In this document: positions 51,650-64,000 of the stretch, piece by piece
How positions within the stretch are numbered: the stretch's first letter is position 1
Layout: the number at the start of each line of letters is the position of its first letter
NCBI GenBank assembly: GCA_964016885.1
Contig: OZ024741.1
Location: forward strand, 344,534,001-344,598,000
Direction: 5' to 3'
Length of the DNA: 64,000 bases
Source: Eledone cirrhosa
Lineage: Eukaryota
Position numbers and translations under genes: made by a program
Notes under the pieces: model-generated
What the model saw: the letters and a program-made list of their open reading frames with translations, nothing else
What the model was told of the DNA's origin: nothing
The model's database searches: none

Positions 51650-54600
51650 AGAGCAGCAACTGCAGCCCAAACAACAGCAGGAACAGTAACAACAACAGTA
51701 AAACTAACAACAATAGTAACATCAACGTCAACGTCAACAGTAGTAACAACAATAACAACAACAATAACAACAGTAACAACAACAGCAACAGTAGCAATAA
51801 CACTCACAACAATAACAACAGTAACAACAGCAACAGTAGCAATAACAGTAACAACAACAATGACAAAAGTAACAACAACAATAACAGTAGCAACAACAAC
51901 AGTGACAACATCAACCTTAGCAACAGTGACAACTATAAAAACATCAACATTAACAACAACAATATCAACAGTAACAACAATAACAGTAACATCAACAACA
52001 ATAACATCAATATCAACAAGAACATCAGCAGCAAAAGTAACAACAGTAACAGTAACAACAACAGCAACAGTAACAACAACAGTAACGGCAACAGTAGCAA
52101 CAACAACAGTAATAACAACAGTAACAACAACAGTAACAACAACAACAGTAACAACAACAACAGTAACAACAACAGTAACAATAACAACAGTAACAATAAC
52201 AACAGTAACAATAACAACAGTAACAACAACAGTAACAACAACAGTAACAACAACAGTAACAACAGCAACAGTAACAACAACAACAGTAACAACAACAGTA
52301 ACAACAACAGTAACAACAGCAACAGTAACAACAACAGTAACAACAACAGTAACAACAACAGTGACAACAACAGTGACAACAGCAACAGTAACAACAACAA
52401 CAGTAACAACAACAGGAACAACAACAGTGACAGCAACAGTAACAACAGCAACAGTAACAACAACAACAGTAACAACAACAGTAACAACAACAGTAACAGC
52501 AACAGTGACAGCAACAGTAACAACAACAGTGACAACAACAGTAACAACAACAACAGTAACAACAACAGTAACAACAGCAACAGTAACAACAACAGTAACA
52601 ACAACAGTAACAGCAACAGTGACAGCAACAGTAACAACAGTAACAACAACAGTAACAATAACAACAGTAACAATAACAACAGTAACAATAACAACATTAA
52701 CAACAGCAACAGTAACAACAACAGTAACAACAACAGTAACAACAACAGTAACAACAACAATAACAACAACAGTAACAACAACAGTGAGAGCAACAGTAAC
52801 AACAACAGTAACAACAACAGTAACATCAACAGTGACAACAACAGTAACAATAACAACAGTAACAATAACAACAGTAACAACAACAACAGTAACAACAACA
52901 GTAACAACAACAGTAACAACAACAGTAACAACAACAGTAACAACAACAACAGTGACAACAACAGTGACAGCAACAGTAACAACAACAGTAACAACAACAG
53001 TAACAACAACAGTAACAACAACAGTGACAGCAACAGTAACAACAACAGTAACAACAACAGTAACAACAACAGTAACAACAACAGTAACAATAACAACAGT
53101 AACAACAGTAACAACAACAGTAACAACAACAGTGACAACAACAGTGACAACAACAGTAACAACAACAGTGACAGCAACAGTAACAACAACAGTAACAACA
53201 ACAGTAACAACAACAGTAACAACAACAGTGACAGCAACAGTAACAACAACAGTAACAACAACAGTAACAACAACAGTAACAACAACAGTAACAATAACAA
53301 CAGTAACAACAACAGTAACAACAACAGTGACAACAACAGTAACAACAACAGTAACAACAACAGTAACAACAACAGTAACAATAACAACAGTAACAATAAC
53401 AACAGTAACAACAACAGTAACAGCAACAGTAACAATAACAACAGTAACAACAACAGTAACAACAACAGTGACAGCAACAGTAACAACAACAGTAACAATA
53501 ACAGTAACAACAACAGTAACAACAACAGTGACAATAACAACAGTAACAACAACAGTGACAACAACAGTAACAATAACAACAGTAACAACAACAGTGACAA
53601 CAACAACAGTGACAACAACAGTGACAACAACAGTGACAGCAACAGTAACAACAACAGTAACAACAACAGTAACAACAACAGTGACAGCAACAGTAACAAC
53701 AACAGTAACAACAACAGTAACAACAACAGTAACAACAACAGTAACAATAACAACAGTAACAACAACAGTAACAACAACAGTAACAACAACAGTAACAATA
53801 ACAACAGTAACAATAACAACAGTAACAACAACAGTGACAGCAACAGTAACAACAACAGTAACAATAACAGTAACAACAACAGTAACAACAACAGTAACAA
53901 TAACAACAGTAACAACAACAGTGACAACAACAGTGACAACAACAGTAACAACAACAGTGACAACAACAACAGTGACAACAACAGTAACAACAACAGTAAC
54001 AATAACAACAGTAACAACAACAGTGACAGCAACAGTAACAACAACAGTAACAATAACAACAGTAACAACAACAGTAACAACAACAGTAACAACAACAACA
54101 GTGACAACAACAGTAACAACAACAGTAACAACAACAGTAACAATAACAACAGTAACAATAACAACAGTAACAACAACAGTAACAACAACAGTAACAACAA
54201 CAGTGACAACAACAGTAACAACAACAGTAACAATAACAGTAACGACAACAGTAACAACAACAGTAACAACAACAGTAACAACAGCAACAGTGACAACAAC
54301 AGTAACAACAACAGTGACAACAACAGTAACAACAACAGTAACAACAACAGTGACAACAACAGTAACAACAACAGTAACAACAACAGTAACAACAACAGTA
54401 ACAACAACAGTGACAACAACAGTAACAACAACAGTAACAACAACAGTAACAACAACAGTAACAACAACAACAGTGACAACAACAGTAACAACAACAGTAA
54501 CAACAACAGTAACAACAACAGTAACAACAACAGTAACAACAACAGTAACAACAACAACAGTAACAACAACAGTGACAACAACAGTAACAACAACAGTAAC

Positions 54601-57600
54601 AACAACAACAGTAACAACAACAGTAACAACTACAACAGTAACAACAACAGTAACAACAACAGTGACAACAACAGTAACAACAACAGTAACAACAACAGTA
54701 ACAACAACAGTAACAACAACAACAGTCACAACAACAGTAACAATAACAGTAACAACAACAGTAACAACAACAGTAACAACAACAGTAACAACAACAGTAA
54801 CAACAACAGTAACAACAACAGTAACACAACAGTAACAACAACAACAGTAACAACAACAGTAACAACAACAGTAACAACAACAACAGTAACAACAACAGTA
54901 ACAACAACAACAGTAACAACAACAGTAACAACAACAGTAACAACAACAGTGACAGCAACAGTAACAACAACAACAGTGACAACAACAGTGACAACAACAG
55001 TGACAATAACAACAGTAACAACAACAGTAACAACAACAGTAACAGCAACAGTAACAACAACAGTAACAATAACAACAGTAACAACAACAGTGACAGCAAC
55101 AGTAACAACAACAGTAACAACAACAGTAACAACAACAGTAACAGCAACAGTAACAACAACAACAGTAACAACAACAGTAACAACAACAGTAACAACAACA
55201 GTGACAACAACAGTAACAACAACAGTAACAACAGCAACAGTGACAACAACAGTAACAACAACAGTGACAACAACAGTAACAACAACAGTAACAACAACAG
55301 TGACAACAACAGTAACAACAACAGTAACAACAACAGTAACAACAACAGTGACAACAACAGTAACAACAACAGTAACAACAACAGTAACAACAACAGTAAC
55401 AACAACAACAGTGACAACAACAGTAACAACAACAGTAACAACAACAGTAACAACAACAGTAACAACAACAGTAACAACAACAGTAACAACAACAACAGTA
55501 ACAACAACAGTGACAACAACAGTAACAACAACAGTAACAACAACAACAGTAACAACAACAGTAACAACTACAACAGTAACAACAACAGTAACAACAACAG
55601 TGACAACAACAGTAACAACAACAGTAACAACAACAGTAACAACAACAGTAACAACAACAACAGTCACAACAACAGTAACAATAACAGTAACAACAACAGT
55701 AACAACAACAGTAACAACAACAACAGTAACAACAACAGTAACAACAACAGTAACAACAACAACAGTAACAACAACAGTAACAACAACAGTAACAACAACA
55801 ACAGTAACAACAACAGTAACAACAACAACAGTAACAACAACAGTAACAACAACAGTAACAACAACAGTAACAACAACAGTGACAGCAACAGTAACAACAA
55901 CAACAGTGACAACAACAGTGACAACAACAGTGACAATAACAACAGTAACAACAACAGTAACAACAACAGTAACAACAACAGTGACAGCAACAGTAACAAC
56001 AACAACGGTGACAACAACAGTGACAACAACAGTGACAACAACAGTGACAATAACAACAGTAACAATAACAACAGTAACAACAACAGTAACAACAACAGTA
56101 ACAACAACAGTGACAACGACAGTAACAACAACAGTAACAATAACAACAGTAAAAACAACAGTAACAACAACAGTAACAACAACAGTAACAACAACAACAG
56201 TGACAACAACAGTAACAACAACAGTGACAATAACAACAGTAACAACAACAACAGTGACAACAACAGTAACAACAACAGTAACAATAACAACAGTAACAAC
56301 AACAGTGACAACAACAGTAACAACAACAGTAACAACAACAGTAACAATAACAACAGGAACAATAACAACAGTAACAACAACAGTGACAACAACAGTAACA
56401 ACAACAACAGTAACAACAACAGTAACAGCAACAGTAACAACAACAGTAACAACAACAGTAACAACAACAGTAACAACAACAGTAACAACAACAACAGTAA
56501 CAACAACAGTGACAACAACAGTAACAACAACAGTAACAACAACAACAGTAACAACAACAGTAACAACTACAACAGTAACAACAACAGTAACAACAACAGT
56601 GACAACAACAGTAACAACAAAAGTAACAACAACAGTAACAACAACAACAGTCACAACAACAGTAACAATAACAGTAACAACAACAGTAACAACAACAGTA
56701 ACAACAACAACAGTAACAACAACAGTAACAACAACAGTAACAACAACAGTAACACAACAGTAACAACAACAACAGTAACAACAAAAGTAACAACAACAGT
56801 AACAACAACAACAGTAACAACAACAGTAACAACAACAACAGTAACAACAACAGTAACAACAACAGTAACAACAACAGTAACAACAACAGTGACAGCAACA
56901 GTAACAACAACAACAGTGACAACAACAGTGACAACAACAGTGACAATAACAACAGTAACAACAACAGTTACAACAACAGTGACAGCAACAGTAACAACAA
57001 CAACGGTGACAACAACAGTGACAACAACAGTGACAACAACAGTGACAACAACAGTGACAATAACAACAGTAACAATAACAACAGTAACAACAACAGTAAC
57101 AACAACAGTAACAACAACAGTGACAACGACAGTAACAACAACAGTAACAACAACAGTAACAATAACAACAGTAACAATAACAACAGTAACAACAACAGTG
57201 ACAACAACAGTAACAACAACAACAGTACCAACAACAGTAACAGCAACAGTAACAACAACAGTAACAACAACAATAACAACAACAGTAACAACAACAGTAA
57301 CAACAACAACAGTGACAACAACAGTAACAACAACAGTAACAACAACAGTAACAACAACAGTAACAACAACAACAGTGACAACAACAGTAACAACAACAGT
57401 GACAGCAACAGTAACAACAACAGTAACAATAACAACAGTAACAATAACAACAGTAACAACAATAGTAACAACAACAGTGACAACAACAGTAACAACAACA
57501 GTAACAACAACAGTAACAACAACAGTGACAACAACAGTAACAACAACAGTAACAACAACAGTAACAACAACAGTAACAATAACAACAGTAACAATAACAA

Positions 57601-60600
57601 CAGTAACAACAACAGTGACAGCAACAGTAACAACAACAGTAACAATAACAACAGTAACAACAACAGTAACAACAACAGTAACAATAACAACAGTAACAAC
57701 AACAGTGACAATAACAACAGTAACAACAACAGTGACAACAACAGTAACAACAACAGTAACAACAACAGTAACAATAACAACAGTAACAACAACAGTAACA
57801 ACAACAGTAACAATAACAACAGTAACAGCAACAGTAACAACAACAGTAACAATAACAACAGTAACAACAACAGTGACAGCAACAGTAACAACAACAGTAA
57901 CAACAACAGTAACAACAACAGTAACAGCAACAGTAACAACAACAACAGTAACAACAACAGTAACAACAACAGTAACAACAACAGTGACAACAACAGTAAC
58001 AACAACAGTAACAACAACAGTAACAATAACAGTAACAACAACAGTAACAACAACAGTAACAATAACAACAGTAACAACAACAGTGACAATAACAGTAACA
58101 ACAACAACAGTGACAACAACAGTAACAACAACAGTAACAACAACAGTAACAACAACAGTAACAATAACAACAGTAACAATAACAACTGTAACAACAACTG
58201 TAACAACAACAGTAACAGCAACAGTAACAATAACAACAGTAACAACAACAGTAACAACAACAGTAACAATAACAACAGTAACAACAACAGTAACAACAAC
58301 AGTAACAACAACAGTGACAGCAACAGTAACAACAACAGTAACAATAACAGTAACAACAACAGTAACAACAACAGTAACAATAACAACAGTAACAACAACA
58401 GTGACAGCAACAGTAACAACAACAGTAACAATAACAACAGTAACAACAACAGTAACAACAACAGTAACAACAACAACAGTGACAACAACAGTAACAACAA
58501 CAGTAACAACAACAGTAACAACAACAGTAACAATAACAACAGTAACAATAACAACAGTAACAACAACAGTAACAACAACAGTAACAACAACAGTAACAAC
58601 AACAGTAACAATAACAGTAACAACAACAGTAACAACAACAGTAACAACAACAGTAACAACAACAGTAACAACAACAGTGACAGCAACAGTAACAACAACA
58701 GTAACAACAACAGTGACAACGACAGTAACAACAACAGTAACAACAACAGTAACAACAACAGTAACAACAACAGTAACAGCAACAGTGACAACAACAGTAA
58801 CAACAACAGTGACAACAACAGTAACAACAACAGTAACAACAACAGTGACAACAACAGTAACAACAACAGTAACAACAACAGTAACAACAACAGTAACAAC
58901 AACAGTGACAACAACAGTAACAACAACAGTAACAACAACAGTAACAACAACAGTAACAACAACAACAGTGACAACAACAGTAACAACAACAGTAACAACA
59001 ACAGTAACAACAACAGTAACAACAACAACAGTAACAACAACAGTGACAACAACAGTAACAACAACAGTAACAACAACAACAGTAACAACAACTGTAACAA
59101 CTACAACAGTAACAACAACAGTAACAACAACAGTAACAACAACAGTGACAACAACAGTAACAACAACAGTAACAACAACAGTAACAACAACAGTAACAAC
59201 AACAACAGTGACAACAACAGTAACAATAACAGTAACAACAACAGTAACAACAACAGTAACAACAACAACAGTAACAACAACAGTAACAACAACAGTAACA
59301 ACAACAGTAACACAACAGTAACAACAACAACAGTAACAACAACAGTAACAACAACAGTAACAACAACAACAGTAACAACAACAGTAACAACAACAACAGT
59401 AACAACAACAGTAACAACAACAGTAACAACAACAGTAACAACAACAGTGACAGCAACAGTAACAACAACAACAGTGACAACAACAGTGACAATAACAACA
59501 GTAACAACAACAGTAACAACAACAGTAACAACAACAGTGACAGCAACAGTAACAACAACAACGGTGACAACAACAGTGACAACAACAGTGACAATAACAA
59601 CAGTAACAATAACAACAGTAACAACAACAGTAACAACAACAGTAACAACAACAGTGACAACGACAGTAACAACAACAGTAACAATAACAACAGTAACAAC
59701 AACAGTAACAACAACAGTAACAACAACAGTAACAACAACAACAGTGACAACAACAGTAACAACAACAGTGACAATAACAACAGTAACAACAACAGTAACA
59801 ACAACAACAGTGACAACAACAGTAACAACAACAGTAACAATAACAACAGTAACAACAACAGTGACAACAACAGTAACAACAACAGTAACAACAACAGTAA
59901 CAATAACAACAGTAACAATAACAACAGTAACAACAACAGTGACAACAACAGTAACAACAACAGTAACAATAACAACAGTAACAACAACAGTAACAACAAC
60001 AGTAACAACAACAGTGACAGCAACAGTAACAACAACAGTAACAACAACAATAACAACAACAGTAACAACAACAGTAACAACAACAACAGTGACAACAACA
60101 GTAACAACAACAGTAACAACAACAGTGACAACAACAGTAACAACAACAGTAACAACAACAGTAACAACAACAGTAACAACAACAACAGTAACAACAACAG
60201 TAACAACAACAGTAACAACAACAGTGACAACAACAGTAACAACAACAGTAACAATAACAATAACAACAGTGACAACAACAGTAACAACAACAGTAACAAC
60301 AACAGTGACAACAACAGTAACAACAACAGTAACAACAACAGTAACAACAACAACAGTAACAACAACAGTAACAACAACAGTAACAACAACAGTGACAACA
60401 ACAGTAACAACAACAGTAACAATAACAATAACAACAGTGACAACAACAGTAACAACAACAGTAACAACAACAGTAACAACAACAGTAACAATAACAACAG
60501 TAACAACAACAGTAACAACAACAGTAACAACAACAGTGACAGCAACAGTAACAACAACAGTAACAATAACAATAGTAACAACAACAGTAACAATAACAAC

Positions 60601-62112
60601 AGTAACAACAACAGTAACAATAACAACAGTGACAGCAACAGTAACAACAACAGTAACAATAACAACAGTAACAACAACAGTAACAACAACAGTAACAACA
60701 ACAGTAACAACAGCAACAGTGACAACAACAGTAACAACAACAGTAACAGCAACAGTAACAACAACAGTAACAACAACAGTGACAACAACAGTAACAACAA
60801 CAGTAACAACAACAGTAACAACAACAGTAACAACAACAGTAACAACAGCAACAGTGACAACAACAGTGACAACAACAGTAACAACAACAATAACAACAAC
60901 AACAGTAACAACAACAGTAACAACAACAGTGACAACAACAGTAACAACAACAGTAACAACAACAGTAACAACAACAGTAACAACAACAACAGTAACAACA
61001 ACAGTAACAACAACAGTAACAACAACAGTAACAACAACAACAGTGACAACAACAGTAACAACAACAGTAACAACAACAGTAACAACAACAGTAACAACAA
61101 CAACAGTAACAACAACAGTAACAACAACAGTAACAACAACAGTAACAACAACAACAGTGACAACAACAGTAACAACAACAGTAACAACAACAGTAACAAC
61201 AACAGTAACAACAACAACAGTAACAACAACAGTAACAACAACAGTAACAACAACAATAACAACAACAACAGTAACAACAACAGTAACAACAACAGTAACA
61301 ACAACAGTAACAACAACAGTAACAACAACAACAGTAACAACAACAGTAACAACAACAGTAACAACAACAATAACAACAACAACAGTAACAACAACAGTAA
61401 CAACAACAGTAACAACAACAGTAAAAACAACAGTAACAACAACAGTAACAACAACAGTGACAACAACAGTAACAACAACAGTAACAATAACAACAGTAAC
61501 AACAACAGTAACAACAACAGTAACAACAACAACAGTGACAACAACAGTAACAATAACAACAGTAACAACAACAGTAACAACAACAACTGTGACAACAACA
61601 GTAACAATAACAACAGTAACAACAATAACATAAACAAAAACATCAACAACAATAACATCAACAGTAGCAACAACAATAACAACAGTAGTAACATCAACAA
61701 CACTGACAACTATAACAACAACAGTAACAACAACAACAACAACAGTGACAACTATAACAACAGTAACAACAACAACAGTAACAACAGTAACAACACTGAC
61801 AACAACAATAGTGACAACTATAACAACAGTAACAACAACAACAACAGTGACAACTATAACAACAGTAACAACAACAACAGTAACAACAGTAACAACACTG
61901 ACAACAACAATAGTGACAACTATAACAACAGTAACAACAACAACAACAGTGACAACTATAACAACAGTAACAACAACAACAGTAACAACAGTAACAACAC
62001 TGACAACAACAACAATAGTGACAACAACAACAACAGTAACAACAACAACAACAACAGTGACAACTATAACAACAGTAACAACAACAACAACAGTAACAAC
62101 TATAACAACCAC
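51650..62112. repeat. ~10.5-kb satellite (AACAACAACAGT)n with 15-bp variants
   Basis: Seen directly; the giant ORFs here are artefacts. Confidence 0.97.
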
Positions 62113-62269
62113 CACCTTTCAAAAAAATCTCTCATTGATCATCTGAACATTAATCAAGGTAAACATCAACCACATACTAATTAGAAATGAGTCACACCTG
62201 AAAAATCCCAGCATCTACTTCTCTAGATTCCACCTGCTGGAGCTGGAATCATGGATGTTAGAAATATCT

Positions 62270-62988
62270 GTATGTGTTTATGTGTGTGTGTTTATGTATG
62301 TGTGTGTGTATGTGTATTTATGTGTGTTTGTAGTTGTATGTGTGCATATCTTTATGTGTGAGAGTGTATGTGTATTTATGTGTGTTTGTAGTTGTATGTG
62401 TGCATATGTTTATGTGTGAGAGTGTATGTGTATTTATGTGTTTGTAGTTGTATGTGTGCATATGTTTATGTGTGAGAGTGTATGTGTATTTATGTGTGTT
62501 TGTAGTTGTATGTGTGCATGTTTGTGTGTGAGTGTATGTGTATTTATGTGTGGTTGTAGTTGTGTGTGTGTGTTTGTGTATGTGTTTGTATGTATGAATG
62601 TGTATGTGTGTGTATTTGTGTGTTTGTAGTTGTATGTGTGTTTGTGTATGTGTGTATTTGTGTTTGTAGTTGTATGTGTGCATGTATTTATGTGTGTTTG
62701 TGTGTGTGTGTGTGTTTGTGTGTGTATATATGAATGTGTGTGTGTGTGTTTGTAGTTGTATGTGCGTGTGTGTTTGTGTGTTTATATGTATGTGTGAGTA
62801 TATGTGTTTGTAGTTGTATGTGTGCATGTGTTAGTGTTTATATGTGTATTTGTGTGTTTGTATGTGTTAGTGTGATTATATGTGTATATGTGCATGTATG
62901 AGTGTTTGTGTGTGTGTCTGTGTATATGTGTGTGTTTGTGTGTGTCTGTTTATGTGCATATGTGTTTGTGTTTTTATGTGTGTTTGTT
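62270..62988. repeat. (TG)-rich minisatellite
   Basis: TTTGTAGTTGTATGTGTGCAT-anchored units. Confidence 0.9.
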
Positions 62989-63049
62989 AGTGGCGGTGGG
63001 GGGGGGGGGGTACCTGGCATTGAGGTCTTATTATCATTAACAAACCAGT

Positions 63050-63655
63050 TGTCATAATCATCATTGTCCTCATAGTCCTCATTATCGTCAGCACCACCAA
63101 CACCACCACCATCATCACCACCACCACCACCACCATCACTACCACCACCACCACCATCACCACTGTTGGCACCACCACCAACACCACCACCATCATCACC
63201 ACCACCACCACCATCACTACCACCACCATCACTACCACCACCATCACCACTGTTGGCACCACCACCAACGCCACCACCATCACCACTACCATCACCACTG
63301 TTGTCACCACCACTACCACCACCACCATCAGCACCATCATCACCACTGTTGTCACCACCAACACCACCATCACCACTGTCACCACCACCACCTCCATCAT
63401 CATCATTGCCATCATCATCATTGTTGTGATCATTATCATCATCATTATCAGTATCATCATCACCATCATCATAATTATCACCTTCATTATTGCTCTTGTT
63501 CTCATCATTACTATTGTCATCATCATTATCAGCAATTAGTAATATCATATGTGCCAGAAAGCCAGAAAAGAAGCAGCATCCTCATCACTATCATATTTAC
63601 CATCATCGTCATCATTATCATCATTATAATTTTAATCATCACCATCATCACTATA
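63050..63655. repeat. (CAC/CAT)n low-complexity tract
   Basis: Seen directly. Confidence 0.9.
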
Positions 63656-63667
63656 ACTGAGCGAAAA

Positions 63668-64000
63668 AGTGGCTTTTCTACATGTTTGACTAGCTAAAAA
63701 CAACAGCAAGTGACTTGTACATGTTTGACTAGCTAAAAACAACAGCAAGTGACTTGTATACATGTTTGACTAGCTAAAAAACACCAGCAAGTGGCTTTTC
63801 TACATGTTTGACTAGCTAAAAACAACAGCAAGTGACTTGTATACATGTTTGACTAGCTAAAAAACACCAGCAAGTGGCTTTTCTACATGTTTGACTAGCT
63901 AAAAAACACCAGCAAGTGGCTTTTCTACATGTTTGACTAGCTAAAAAACAACAGCAAGTGGCTTTTCTACATGTTTGACTAGCTAAAAAAGAACAGCAAG
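63668..64000. repeat. ~40-42-bp tandem repeat running off the window end
   Basis: ACATGTTTGACTAGCTAAAAACAACAGCAAGTGGCTTTTCT, about 8 copies. Confidence 0.9.

Noticed and set aside
51601-62146. Giant poly-L/V/T/C/N ORFs up to 2327 aa
   Set aside because: Stop-free frames of a 12/15-bp satellite, open on both strands in several frames, with internal frameshifts.

Overview
AT-rich, repeat-saturated animal genomic DNA, most likely a coleoid cephalopod (Octopus-like; inferred from the very dense (TA)n/(TG)n/(CAC)n microsatellites and the tRNA-SINE and RTE repertoire). I can support no intact host protein-coding gene; the window looks intronic or intergenic. All recognisable coding sequence is decayed non-LTR retrotransposon ORF2. 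This comprises a 5'-truncated Tx1/L1-clade LINE with a 21-bp target-site duplication (4780-8327, -), two RTE-type LINE copies with a PHD finger inserted in the RT domain (19717-21260, 38925-41442), a CR1-type 3' fragment (33757-34970, -) and a tandem pair of internally deleted RTE-like elements. There are also many tRNA-derived SINEs, hAT- and piggyBac-type MITEs, foldback inverted repeats, VNTRs and a ~10.5-kb (AACAACAACAGT)n satellite. The most notable unannotated signal is a set of six type I hammerhead-ribozyme-like motifs. Two have intact cores (19581-19636 +, 49045-49139 -). Four belong to one dispersed family with an unusually long stem II and a palindromic stem III, consistent with a Penelope-like/retrozyme non-autonomous element. 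Coordinates of decayed repeats are approximate and were read by eye.
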